DNA of 64,000 nt. Source: Candidatus Sulfomarinibacteraceae bacterium. Its GTDB lineage: Bacteria > Acidobacteriota > Thermoanaerobaculia > Thermoanaerobaculales > Sulfomarinibacteraceae. A program made the position numbers and the translations under genes. The notes under the pieces are model-generated. The model searched no databases. It was not told where the DNA came from and saw nothing but the letters and a program-made list of their open reading frames with translations. Where the stretch lies: the NCBI GenBank assembly GCA_963796455.1, contig CAWCLO010000005.1, positions 96,001 to 160,000 on the forward strand. The letters are read 5' to 3'. This document shows, in pieces, positions 38,508-48,173 of the stretch (its first letter is position 1; each line of letters starts with the position of its first letter).

Positions 38508-39035
38508 GTGAAACACGCAGCACTCGCACGTCATCGACAAGCCATCGTCGATAGTTGGGTCGAGATGGTCATTTCCAGCTATCCGGAGAAAACCGGAGAG
38601 TTTCTCAGGGGACAGACCGACAGGTTCTCGAACCCGGTCGGAGCCGGTCTCCAGGAGGGGCTTGACGAGATCATCGACGGGCTCTCTCAGGGACGTCAGC
38701 CGGCGGAGCTCGAACCGGCATTGGATCTGGTGATCCGAATCCGAGCGGTCCAGGATCTGTCGCCGGCGGAGGCCGTGGGATTTGTTTTTGATCTCAGGCC
38801 CATCATCGAGAAGGTCCTCGGAGAAGATTCGGGGACCGGCGGGAAAGACGAAATCGACCTCGGGACGACGATCGATCGTCTCGCGCTCGCTTCATTCAAC
38901 GTCTATATGAAATGTCGTGAGCAGATGTGGTCGATACGTGCCAAAGAGATTCGTAATCAGTCGCTCGGAATTATGGAGCGCATGCAGGCGTGGCGGGAAC
39001 GCCGCGCCGAAGAATCGGAGAACACACCGCGATAA
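38508..39035 (+). CDS. dsrT: DsrT (RsbRD N-terminal domain)
   Basis: DRFSNPVG, IRIRAVQD.SP..AVGFVF, YMKCREQ; directly before dsrM. Confidence 0.9.
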   Translation: MKHAALARHRQAIVDSWVEMVISSYPEKTGEFLRGQTDRFSNPVGAGLQEGLDEIIDGLSQGRQPAELEPALDLVIRIRAVQDLSPAEAVGFVFDLRPIIEKVLGEDSGTGGKDEIDLGTTIDRLALASFNVYMKCREQMWSIRAKEIRNQSLGIMERMQAWRERRAEESENTPR

Positions 39036-39087
39036 GACGGTGTGTCTCCTGGTCTGAAGGGACCGAGAGGAAGGAGGGATTGAACGC

Positions 39088-40086
39088 ATGGGAGCGTTGA
39101 TATCTCTAGTTGCGGTAGCCATTTTGGTTCTGCTTGCCGCGGTGGGGGCGAGCGCGGGCGGCAGCCTGCAGTTCTTCCTCGGGGTTGTTGTCCCCGGGGT
39201 GGCCTTCGCCGTTTTCCTCGGTGGGATCATCTATCGGGTGATTCATTGGGCAAAATCTCCTGTTCCGTTCCGGATTCCGACCACGAGTGGGCAAGCGAAG
39301 TCCCTCCCGTGGATCAGAAACAACGAGTTGGAGGCGCCGAGCGGCCTCCCGGGTGTCATCGGTCGGATGGCCCTCGAGGTCCTGTTCTTCCGTTCGTTGT
39401 TCCGCAACCACAGGGTCGAGCTCTTGCCGGCCAAGGAAAAGGTGAACTACATCTCCGACAAGTTGTTGTGGGCGGCGGCCATGGCATTTCACTGGGCCAT
39501 GCTGATCGTCGTTCTGCGCCACTTCCGGTTCTTTGTCGAGCCGGTTCCTTACTGGGTGGAGCTCCTGCAGCAGTTTGACGGCTTCTTCCAGGTGGGTCTG
39601 CCGGTGTTCTACATCACCAGCTTCCTCCTCCTCGGTGGGCTCTTCGTACTGCTTCTCAGGCGTCTGTTCGATGCCAAGGTGAAGTACATCTCATTGCCTA
39701 CGGATTATTTCGCCCTTTATCTCCTGCTCGGTATCGCCATCACCGGCATCATCATGCGCCATGTGGAAAAGGTCGATGTGGTCCAGGTCAAGGCGGCGAT
39801 CGTCGGATGGGCCTCCCTCCAGCCCGTGGCTCCGGTGGGAGTTGGATTGTGGTACTTCGTACACGTCTTTTTGGTCAGCGCACTGCTGGTCTATTTCCCA
39901 TTTTCAAAGCTGTTGCACGCGCCCGGCGTGTTCTTGAGCCCAACCCGCAATCTCGCCAACAGCAACCGTACCCACCGTCATATCAACCCGTGGAACCCCG
40001 ACATCCAAGGCCACTCGTATGCCGAGTGGGAGGACGAGTTCCGCGACAAGTTGAAGGCGTCTGGCTACGCGCTGGAGAAGGAGTGA
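39088..40086 (+). CDS. dsrM: DsrM cytochrome b
   Basis: PVPFRIPTTSGQ, RMALEVLFFRSLFRN, YFPFSKLLH, PTRNLAN. Confidence 0.95.
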   Translation: MGALISLVAVAILVLLAAVGASAGGSLQFFLGVVVPGVAFAVFLGGIIYRVIHWAKSPVPFRIPTTSGQAKSLPWIRNNELEAPSGLPGVIGRMALEVLFFRSLFRNHRVELLPAKEKVNYISDKLLWAAAMAFHWAMLIVVLRHFRFFVEPVPYWVELLQQFDGFFQVGLPVFYITSFLLLGGLFVLLLRRLFDAKVKYISLPTDYFALYLLLGIAITGIIMRHVEKVDVVQVKAAIVGWASLQPVAPVGVGLWYFVHVFLVSALLVYFPFSKLLHAPGVFLSPTRNLANSNRTHRHINPWNPDIQGHSYAEWEDEFRDKLKASGYALEKE

Positions 40087-40089
40087 GCC

Positions 40090-41712
40090 ATGGCGGAAAA
40101 AACGCCTCAAGAACTGATTCAAATCGACCTCACTCCGCCGACCCGCGACTGGATGAATCCTTCAGTTGATTTCGAGGCGCGGCGGGGCACGTGGTCCTAT
40201 CCGACCGCGACGAAGAACCTCGAATACATGGGCATGCCCAACCCGCGCGAATGGTCCCCGACCGACGCCGATTGGAAGCTGCCGGAGAACTGGCAGCAGA
40301 TCATCCACGACGGGTTCAAAGACCTGTTGAAGAAGTACCGGACCCTCGAGGTCTTCATGGACATCTGTGTGCGCTGCGGTGCGTGCGCCGACAAATGCCA
40401 CTTCTTTATCGGTTCGGGTGATCCGAAGAACATGCCGGTCCTGCGCGCCGAGCTGCTGCGCTCGGTCTATCGCCAGGACTTCACCACCGCCGGCAAGATT
40501 CTCGGTCGTCTCGCCGGTGGGCGGGAGCTTACCGAAGAGGTGCTCAAGGAGTGGTACTACTACTTCTTCCAGTGCACCGAGTGCCGTCGATGCAGTGTCT
40601 ATTGCCCCTATGGCATCGACACGGCTGAGATCACCATGATGGCGCGTGAACTCATGAATCTGGTCGGTCTCAACATCAACTGGATCATGGAACCCGTGGC
40701 CAATTGCCAACGCACCGGCAATCACCTCGGCATCCAGCCACACACCTACAAGGACAACGTGGAGTTCCTGGTTGACGAGCTCGAAGAAGTCACCGGCCTC
40801 AAGATCGATCCCCCGATCAACCGTAAGGGCGCCGAGGTCCTCTTCGTGATTCCGTCGGCGGACTACTTTGCCGATCCGGGCACCTACACCTTTGTCGGTT
40901 ATCTGATGCTCTTCGAGCACATCGGCCTCGACTACACCCTGAGTTCCTATGCCTCTGATGGCGGGAATTTCGGCATGTTCAACTCCGCCGAAAACCTCAA
41001 ACGGCTCAACTGGAAGATCTACCACGAGGCCAAGCGTCTCGGTGTCAAGTGGATCCTGGGTGGTGAGTGCGGCCACATGTGGCGGGTGATGCACCAGTAC
41101 ATGAACACCATGAACGGTCCTGCGGACTTTCTCGAGGTCCCCAAATCGCCGTTCACCGGGACCGTTTTTGACAATGCAGCCTCGACCAAGATGGTTCATA
41201 TCTGCGAGTTCACCTCGGATCTGATCAAGAACAACAAACTCAAGTTGGACCCGAGCCGGAACGATCGTTTCCGGGTCACCTATCACGATTCGTGCAACCC
41301 TGCGCGTGCGATGGGTCTGCTAGAAGAACCGCGCTATGTGATCAAGAGCGTGTGCAACCACTTTGTCGACATGCCTGAAAACACGATTCGGGAGAATACC
41401 TTCTGCTGCGCAGGAGGTGCGGGTCTCGGTAACGACGAAAACATGGAGATGCGGATGCGAGGCGGTTTGCCGCGAGGCAACGCCGTGCGCTGGGTCAGGG
41501 ACCACAACGACGTCAACCGTCTCGCGTGCGTTTGCGCAATCGACCGTGCCACGTTGCCGCCGCTGGTCGAGTACTGGTCGCCCGGTGTCGATGTCAGCGG
41601 GGTCCACGAATTGGTGGGCAACGCTCTGATCATGGAGGGCGAAAACGACCGGACTACCGACCTCCGTGGTGAGCCCCTGGTGGCAGAGGTGGAGGGACAG
41701 GACGATGTATGA
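40090..41712 (+). CDS. dsrK: DsrK catalytic Fe-S subunit
   Basis: CVRCGACADKCH, CTECRRCSVYCPYG, GECGHMWR, YHDSCN, FCCAGG. Confidence 0.95.
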   Translation: MAEKTPQELIQIDLTPPTRDWMNPSVDFEARRGTWSYPTATKNLEYMGMPNPREWSPTDADWKLPENWQQIIHDGFKDLLKKYRTLEVFMDICVRCGACADKCHFFIGSGDPKNMPVLRAELLRSVYRQDFTTAGKILGRLAGGRELTEEVLKEWYYYFFQCTECRRCSVYCPYGIDTAEITMMARELMNLVGLNINWIMEPVANCQRTGNHLGIQPHTYKDNVEFLVDELEEVTGLKIDPPINRKGAEVLFVIPSADYFADPGTYTFVGYLMLFEHIGLDYTLSSYASDGGNFGMFNSAENLKRLNWKIYHEAKRLGVKWILGGECGHMWRVMHQYMNTMNGPADFLEVPKSPFTGTVFDNAASTKMVHICEFTSDLIKNNKLKLDPSRNDRFRVTYHDSCNPARAMGLLEEPRYVIKSVCNHFVDMPENTIRENTFCCAGGAGLGNDENMEMRMRGGLPRGNAVRWVRDHNDVNRLACVCAIDRATLPPLVEYWSPGVDVSGVHELVGNALIMEGENDRTTDLRGEPLVAEVEGQDDV

Positions 41713-42094
41713 CGCCTATAAGATCGTCGCCGGCCTCGCCGTCTTCGTGATCCTCGCGACCTCGCCCCTGTGGTTCAACGCCTTGAGCGCTGCGCCGCCT
41801 GACAAACCGGAGCTGCAAGGGCCTCCAAATGGTTCGACCGAATGCGTCGAATCGGCGGAGTTCATGCGTGCGAATCACATGGATCTTCTCGATACCTGGC
41901 GTGACCAGGTGGTTCGCGAGGACCTTCGCGATTACACATCGACGGCCTCCGGCGAGACCTTTGATATGAGCCTCTCCAATACCTGTATGGACTGCCACTC
42001 CAACAAGAGTCAGTTCTGCGATTCCTGCCACACCTTTTCGGCGGTGACGCCCTATTGCTGGGACTGCCACGTGGCCCCTCAGGAGGCTTTGTGA
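41705..42094 (+). CDS. dsrJ: DsrJ trihaem cytochrome c
   Basis: MRANHMDLL..WRD.VVR; CMDCH, CDSCH, CWDCH. Confidence 0.95.
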   Translation: MYDAYKIVAGLAVFVILATSPLWFNALSAAPPDKPELQGPPNGSTECVESAEFMRANHMDLLDTWRDQVVREDLRDYTSTASGETFDMSLSNTCMDCHSNKSQFCDSCHTFSAVTPYCWDCHVAPQEAL

Positions 42095-42945
42095 TGAAGA
42101 GCAGCAGAAGAGGATTCCTTAAGTTTGCCGGTCTTTCCGCGGTGGGTGTGGCGGGTTCGACCGCTGTGACCGCCCGGACCAAGGCCTCCCAGGAGCACGA
42201 ACCGCCGGCAACCGTTGGCAAGCGGCTCGCCATGCTGGTCGATCTGCGGAAGTTTTCCAAGGACGACGCTATGCTCAAAAAAATTACCGACGCGTGCCAC
42301 AAGGCGCACAATGTGCCGGATTTTGCCGACGACCCGAAAAATGAGGTCAAGTGGATCTGGAGCGACGAATTCGAGACGGCATTCCACGAGCAGGAGTTCC
42401 ACTACATTCGCGAAGACCTCAAGGGCAAACCGACCCTGCTCTTGTGCAACCACTGCGATAACCCGCCGTGTACGCGGGTCTGCCCGACCCAGGCGACCTG
42501 GAAACGCGCGGCGGACGGGGTCGTGATGATGGACTGGCACCGTTGCATCGGTTGCCGCTATTGCGTGGTTGCGTGCCCCTACGGTTCGCGCAGCTTCAAC
42601 TGGAAAGACCCGCGCAAGGCTCCGAACCTCCAAACGATCGAAAACACCTACCCGACCCGGATGCGCGGAGTCGTCGAGAAGTGCACCTTCTGCGACGAAC
42701 GCCTGGCGCGAGGCGAACAACCGGCTTGCGTCGAGGTGTGTGAAAACGACGAACTGGTCTTTGGTGACCTCAACGATCCGCATTCAAGGATTCGCGAATT
42801 GCTGGCGGAGCACCTGACGATCCGCCGCAAACCGGGGCTCGGAACACAGCCCGAGGTCTACTACATCGTCGAGGACCCACGCACTCTGCAGGAGTTCGCT
42901 CCGGCTGTCGAGGTCTTTGAAGGGGAGGAGGGCGGCCATGCTTGA
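42094..42945 (+). CDS. dsrO: DsrO Tat-exported Fe-S protein
   Basis: SRRGFLK, CNHCDNPPCTRVCP, CIGCRYCVVACPYG, EKCTFC. Confidence 0.95.
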   Translation: MKSSRRGFLKFAGLSAVGVAGSTAVTARTKASQEHEPPATVGKRLAMLVDLRKFSKDDAMLKKITDACHKAHNVPDFADDPKNEVKWIWSDEFETAFHEQEFHYIREDLKGKPTLLLCNHCDNPPCTRVCPTQATWKRAADGVVMMDWHRCIGCRYCVVACPYGSRSFNWKDPRKAPNLQTIENTYPTRMRGVVEKCTFCDERLARGEQPACVEVCENDELVFGDLNDPHSRIRELLAEHLTIRRKPGLGTQPEVYYIVEDPRTLQEFAPAVEVFEGEEGGHA

Positions 42946-44104
42946 GAAGGCTCTTTCGGGCTCCAAGACGTACTGGGGCTGGATCTTCGCCCTTTTGGTG
43001 ATCATCGGGGCCGGCGTGGGTTGCTGGTTCTGGCAGTTCCGCGAAGGTCTGACGATCACCGGTCTCAGCCGCGATGTCGTGTGGGGATTTTATATCGCCC
43101 AGTTCACCTTCCTGGTCGGCGTTGCGGCTTCGGCTGTGATGGTGGTCCTGCCCTACTACCTTCACAACCACAAGGCATTCGGCAAGATGACGATTCTCGG
43201 CGAGTTTCTCGCGATCCCGGCGGTCATCATGTGCATGCTCTTCATCTTTGTCGATATGGGCATGCCCAACCGGATCCTCAATGTGTTTCTCCACCCGACG
43301 CCGCACTCGATGATGTTCTGGGACACGGTGGCACTGAGTGGGTATCTCCTGCTCAACCTCGTGATCGGTTTCATCACCTTGTCGGCTGAACGGCGCGAGG
43401 AGCCGCCGCCGAAGTGGATCAAACCGGTCATCCTGCTGTCGATTCCCTGGGCGGTCTCGATCCACACGGTCACCGCGTTTTTGTATTCCGGTCTCGCGGC
43501 CCGGCCTTTCTGGATGACTGCGATCCTGGCCCCGCGATTCCTGGCCTCCGCATTTGCCGCAGGTCCGGCGATCCTGATCCTGCTCGCCTTCTTTGTTCGC
43601 AAGGTCTCCACCTTCGACGCCGGCGAGAAGGCAATCGATACCCTTTCCAAAATCGTCACCTATGCCATGACGATCAATGTCTTCTTCGTTTTGATGGAGG
43701 TCTTTACCGCCATCTACAGCGATATTCCGGAACATGTTCATCACTTCGAATTCCTCTTCACGGGCATCGAAGGCGAAAACACGTTGGTTCCGTGGATGTG
43801 GCTGTCGTCGATTCTGGCGATCGTGTCCCTGATCGTGCTGATGAATCCAAAGACAAGAACCAATCACAACTGGTTGCTCTTTGGCTGCGTGGCGGTGGTC
43901 TTCTCGCTCTGGATCGACAAGGGTCTGGGTATGGTGATCGCAGGCTTCGTGCCGAACCCGCTCGGCCAGGTCGTTCATTATGCGCCGTCGGTGCCGGAGT
44001 TGGTGATCAGCTTGGGGATCTACGCCATCGGGCTCCTGATCCTCACCGCGCTTTATAAGATCGCACTCGAGGTCCGGGGACAGATCAAAAAGGCAGAGTA
44101 CTGA
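42938..44104 (+). CDS. dsrP: DsrP NrfD-family membrane protein
   Basis: GLSRDVVWG.YIAQFTFLVGVAASAV, SIPWAVSIHTVTAF, WIDKG. Confidence 0.95.
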   Translation: MLEKALSGSKTYWGWIFALLVIIGAGVGCWFWQFREGLTITGLSRDVVWGFYIAQFTFLVGVAASAVMVVLPYYLHNHKAFGKMTILGEFLAIPAVIMCMLFIFVDMGMPNRILNVFLHPTPHSMMFWDTVALSGYLLLNLVIGFITLSAERREEPPPKWIKPVILLSIPWAVSIHTVTAFLYSGLAARPFWMTAILAPRFLASAFAAGPAILILLAFFVRKVSTFDAGEKAIDTLSKIVTYAMTINVFFVLMEVFTAIYSDIPEHVHHFEFLFTGIEGENTLVPWMWLSSILAIVSLIVLMNPKTRTNHNWLLFGCVAVVFSLWIDKGLGMVIAGFVPNPLGQVVHYAPSVPELVISLGIYAIGLLILTALYKIALEVRGQIKKAEY

Positions 44105-44181
44105 ATTAGGAATTAGGAATTAGGAATGAGGAATTGGCCCCCGCCCACCCGGCATGTCGCCGGTGGCGGGGGTCGGTTTTT
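44104..44181 (+). terminator. (GAATTAG)-type heptamer array followed by a terminator-like hairpin after dsrP
   Basis: gaattaggaattaggaattaggaatgaggaatt, then CCCCCGCC..GGCGGGGG and a T run. Confidence 0.6.
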
Positions 44182-44199
44182 GCGTGAGGAGCGGTTCCA

Positions 44200-45864
44200 A
44201 TGAGCAAGGATCCAAAACGGGTGGTGATTGTCGGGGCGTCGGCGGCGGGTCTGCGGTGTGCGTGCCGGTTGCGGCGGTTGCAGCCCGACTGGCCGATCAC
44301 GGTTGTCGAGACCAACGAGATCTTCTCCTACGGCGCATGCGGTCTTCCCTACGTTCTTTCGGGGGACATTGAGGAGCTCGGCGTGTTGCGCCGGACTCCT
44401 TACGGGGTCGATCGGAATGCCGACTATTTTGAATCGGTCAAGGGTGTCGAAGTTCTTGCTCCGTATCGGGCGATGGATGTCGATGCGGCCGCCCGGACTC
44501 TGACTGTCGAAGGGCCGGATGGAGAAAGGGCCTTCGAATGGGACGAATTGGTGATCGCGACCGGCGCTTCCCCACGCAGGCTCCCGAATACTCCCGATCA
44601 TCCGCGGGTCCACACCTTTCACGTCTGGGAGGATGTCAAACCGCTCAAGATCGGGCTCATGCGGGGCGAAATCGACCACGTTGCCGTGATTGGGGCCGGT
44701 CTCGTGGGATGTGAGTTGGCCGAGGCCTTCCATAGCCTGTGGGGTGCCGAGGTGACCCTGATCGAGGCCGCCTCGACCCCATTGCCGGAGATACTCGATC
44801 CCGAGCTGGGTGAAGTTGTCGCCCGTCATCTCGAGAAGAACGGCGTTCGGGTGCTCGCCTCTTCAGCGGTGGCCGAGATTTCGGCCGACGATGACGGGGT
44901 CACGATCGAGGCCGGTTCGGAGACCGTATGTGCCGATGCGGTCGTGATCGCGGTCGGAGTTTTACCCGAGACGGAGTTGGCGACTGCGGCGGGTGCCGAA
45001 CTCGGGCCGACTCGCGCCATTCGGGTGGATGAACAGCTTGCGACTTCGGTGGCTCATGTATGGGCCGTGGGTGATTGTGTCGAGTGCCTCCATGCTGCCA
45101 CCGGTGGTCCCGCCTATATCCCCCTGGGCTCACTCGCAAACCGGCAGGGACGAACCCTTGCCAATGTGCTCGCAGGGCTCGAGGATCGGTTCGGGCCGGT
45201 GGCGGGAGCGGCGGCCGTCAAAGTCTTCGATCTCAACGTGGCAGCGGTCGGGTGCACGGCGAACCGGTTTTCAGCCGACGGCCTGGGTGTACGATCGGTC
45301 TGGATCAGCGCAGAAGACCGCGCCCACTACTGGCCTGAAGCCAAACTGATTCTGCTCGGGATGGTCTACGATCCACTGACCCGCCGTGTGCTCGGTGTCC
45401 AGGGCGTCAGTGAAGAGGGTGAGGTGGCCAAGAGAATCGACGTCTCCGCGCAGCTCATCCTCAGATCGGCGACCACCGACGATTTCATTTCCGTCGAGCA
45501 TGCCTATGCTCCGCCCTATGCGCCCGCCCTCGATCCGCTGATGGTTCTCGCGTGCGCGGCAGACAACCAGATGAACGGCGTCGAGATGGTCTCGCCGCTG
45601 TTCGATCTCCGCGGAGAGACGGTGCTCGATGTGCGCATGGAGGAAGAACGCTCGGAACGCCCGTTGACGGCCAAGAAGTTGGTCGAGATCGAAGTCTCCG
45701 ATCTCCCTGACCGCGTTGACGATCTGCCCGAGGTGCCGTTGGTGGTTGTCTGCGCCCATGGAACACGCTCGGCGGAGGTGGTCCGTCGGCTCAACCAATT
45801 GGGCCGCACAGCGCGCTATATCGGCGGAGGCGTCAGTTGGCGTGTCCGCGCCCTCGCGCCTTGA
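44200..45864 (+). CDS. CoA-disulfide reductase-rhodanese fusion (Npsr/CoADR-RHD-like)
   Basis: GASAAG, SYGACGLPY, GAGLVGCE, YAPPYA, C-terminal rhodanese CAHGTRS. Confidence 0.85.
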   Translation: MSKDPKRVVIVGASAAGLRCACRLRRLQPDWPITVVETNEIFSYGACGLPYVLSGDIEELGVLRRTPYGVDRNADYFESVKGVEVLAPYRAMDVDAAARTLTVEGPDGERAFEWDELVIATGASPRRLPNTPDHPRVHTFHVWEDVKPLKIGLMRGEIDHVAVIGAGLVGCELAEAFHSLWGAEVTLIEAASTPLPEILDPELGEVVARHLEKNGVRVLASSAVAEISADDDGVTIEAGSETVCADAVVIAVGVLPETELATAAGAELGPTRAIRVDEQLATSVAHVWAVGDCVECLHAATGGPAYIPLGSLANRQGRTLANVLAGLEDRFGPVAGAAAVKVFDLNVAAVGCTANRFSADGLGVRSVWISAEDRAHYWPEAKLILLGMVYDPLTRRVLGVQGVSEEGEVAKRIDVSAQLILRSATTDDFISVEHAYAPPYAPALDPLMVLACAADNQMNGVEMVSPLFDLRGETVLDVRMEEERSERPLTAKKLVEIEVSDLPDRVDDLPEVPLVVVCAHGTRSAEVVRRLNQLGRTARYIGGGVSWRVRALAP

Positions 45865-45874
45865 GGCGCGGTTT

Positions 45875-47551
45875 TCAGATCACGTTCGGGAACAACACCG
45901 AAAACGCCAACCAGGCCACCGCCAGGGTCAGGATCAGATTGAACGACTGCCCGACGATATAAAGAAGGAGCGACTTGCCGCCTTCGAGCTGTTTTGCCAT
46001 GTCCGCAAAATTCGACTCCAACCCGATCGAAACAAAAGCCAGACAGAAGAACCAGCCCCGCAGGGGATTGGTCATGGCCTTGAGCACGCTCGATTCCACC
46101 AGCTTGGTGCCGTCGCCGTTGAACAGGGAGGCGAACAGGGGCGCCAGCACGAAGGAGAACAATAGAGACGCGGCGACAAAGCCGACGATGAACTTCGGAA
46201 ACCGAACCCAGATCTGCATGAGTCCCGGGCGCGGAGCATCCGGGTCCCGTTCGACCGAGGTGATCCAGAACAGGGCGACGAAGAAGCCGACGGCCCCGAT
46301 CAGGATGTTCTGGATCATTTTGACCACTGCTGCCACGGCCTCGGCCCGTGGGCCGAGAAAAGCGCCGGCCGCCACGACGGCTCCTGTGGAGTCAATTGTG
46401 CCGCCCATCCACGCGCCGCCGAGTACCGGGTCCATATCGACCCAGGCGATGAACATGGGCATGAAGATCATCATGAGAACCGTGAAGATGAGCGTCATGC
46501 CGACTGCGAGGGTCAGTTCTTCCTTCTTTGCACGGGTGGCGGCAGCCACCGCGATGGCGGCCGAGACCCCGCAGACCGAGGTTGCGGCCGCGATGATCAT
46601 CACCAGGGGTTTGCTGACGATTTTGAGGATTCTGGTTCCGTACAACCACATGAAGATGATCACGGTCGGTGTGACCAACCAGGCCACCATGAGCCCCGGA
46701 ACGCCGATGCTGAGAATCTTGCCAAACAGAATCTCGGCCCCGAGGAGGACCAGGCCCGCCTTGATGTACATTTCGGTCCTCACCGCCGGTTTGAGCCAAG
46801 CCGGTGTGCCGACAGTGTTGGAGACCAGGAGGCCGAGGAGCAACGCCCAGGCGGCGTAGCTCAGGCCGTATGCGTTGATGGTGATCTGGTTGGCGATCAC
46901 AAAGGAGAGAACGGCCAGGATGAAGACCGCCAGAAAAGCAAGAGCATAGGCGCCGGGGTTCTGACCCATGACCCGGACCCCGACCACGGTCAGGAGCATG
47001 AGGAGGATCATGGTGACGATCAGCGGGAGCACGATCGATCGTGCTCGTTGACTTGAAACGCTGAGCGTGCCGGCTCCGATTTCGACATCCGCCGACGGCA
47101 GGATCTGGGACGTATAGGCCGCCGCTCCCAGACCATCGCGGTCAGGATCGATCTTGTCGAAACGAAGCTCCTCCGCTCCCCCGGCGAGTTGTTCGCCAAT
47201 GCTGATCGTCTGGCCGTCGCCGGATCTGGAGGTGGCGATTTGCAACCGGGTTCCTCCGTTTTCGGGAACAACATCGGCAATTGCGCCCGCTTGCGCCGAA
47301 TTGATGGCGTCAGCCAACCCGGCGAGGGTCGTGCCCTCCTCGACCTCGATCCGGGTCGTTTTGGTCGCGTAGAAGGCGTCCATGGGATTGGATGCCCACT
47401 TCCCGATCTTTGGCACCTTCTTGGTCGGGATGGTGCCGGAAAGCGCCAGTGCTCCGAGCACGGTGGCGACGAGGAGAATCGCCAGGCCGAACCAGACCGT
47501 CCACCAGTCTTCCTCTACTAAAAGTGGGCTGCGCTTTGCATCACCTGTCAT
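45875..47551 (-). CDS. YeiH/putative sulfate exporter family transporter with a large soluble insertion
   Basis: EDWW, EMYIKAGLVLLG, SVCGVSAAIA, GGTIDSTGAV, KMIQN, RFPKF. Confidence 0.88.
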   Translation of the reverse strand: MTGDAKRSPLLVEEDWWTVWFGLAILLVATVLGALALSGTIPTKKVPKIGKWASNPMDAFYATKTTRIEVEEGTTLAGLADAINSAQAGAIADVVPENGGTRLQIATSRSGDGQTISIGEQLAGGAEELRFDKIDPDRDGLGAAAYTSQILPSADVEIGAGTLSVSSQRARSIVLPLIVTMILLMLLTVVGVRVMGQNPGAYALAFLAVFILAVLSFVIANQITINAYGLSYAAWALLLGLLVSNTVGTPAWLKPAVRTEMYIKAGLVLLGAEILFGKILSIGVPGLMVAWLVTPTVIIFMWLYGTRILKIVSKPLVMIIAAATSVCGVSAAIAVAAATRAKKEELTLAVGMTLIFTVLMMIFMPMFIAWVDMDPVLGGAWMGGTIDSTGAVVAAGAFLGPRAEAVAAVVKMIQNILIGAVGFFVALFWITSVERDPDAPRPGLMQIWVRFPKFIVGFVAASLLFSFVLAPLFASLFNGDGTKLVESSVLKAMTNPLRGWFFCLAFVSIGLESNFADMAKQLEGGKSLLLYIVGQSFNLILTLAVAWLAFSVLFPNVI

Positions 47552-47582
47552 GAAAAAGGCCCTTTCACTTCCTCTCGCGAAA

Positions 47583-47825
47583 TTACCCTCCCGCCGACGA
47601 TTGGTGTGTCGGCGGCTGTGCGCGCTCCAAAGAGCGATTCTTGAATGATGGACAATCCTTGGCCAACACGGGGTCCATGAAGCGGTCGAATTCGCGGCAG
47701 ATCCCCGCGTATCCGCGCGCCGAAGAATAGGCGGAACCGAAGGACGTCAGGCCGGGAATTTCAGCTTCGATCACGGCAGGGTCGTCGGCAAAATGAGCGC
47801 AGTGCTGGCAGGTTTGTTCGCTCAT
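47583..47825 (-). CDS. Small four-Cys hypothetical protein
   Basis: MSEQTCQHCAHF...GIC..F........DCPSF, ~80 aa, directly upstream of the exporter. Confidence 0.6.
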   Translation of the reverse strand: MSEQTCQHCAHFADDPAVIEAEIPGLTSFGSAYSSARGYAGICREFDRFMDPVLAKDCPSFKNRSLERAQPPTHQSSAGG

Positions 47826-47955
47826 GCTCTCGATTCCAATCACGGATGGATCATCCGTTCGATTTATGTTTTCAAGGTACCACGATCTGCTGGCCAGGAC
47901 AGCGCTCTCTCAGTGGCGGGGGCAACCGGTGAGCCGCAGTTCTCAGGAACAGAAT

Positions 47956-48054
47956 TTGGAATGAGGAACTAGGAATGAGGAATGAGGAATTATCATCGCA
48001 CCCTTCCCTGAATGATCTGGGGATGGGTACATTCCTAATTCCTCATTCCTAATT
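47956..48054. repeat. Inverted heptamer arrays (GGAATGA / TCATTCC)
   Basis: ggaatgaggaactaggaatgaggaatgaggaatt ... attcctaattcctcattcctaatt. Confidence 0.8.
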
Positions 48055-48173
48055 TGCGATATTCTTTTCCCTTGTTTCTTTGGCGTAACGCTGGAGTCGA
48101 AACGACCCGCGGTGTTACACTCCTGGAACTACGGCGCGAATGGCCGTGACAGTTATATTTTCGGGGCTTTTTT

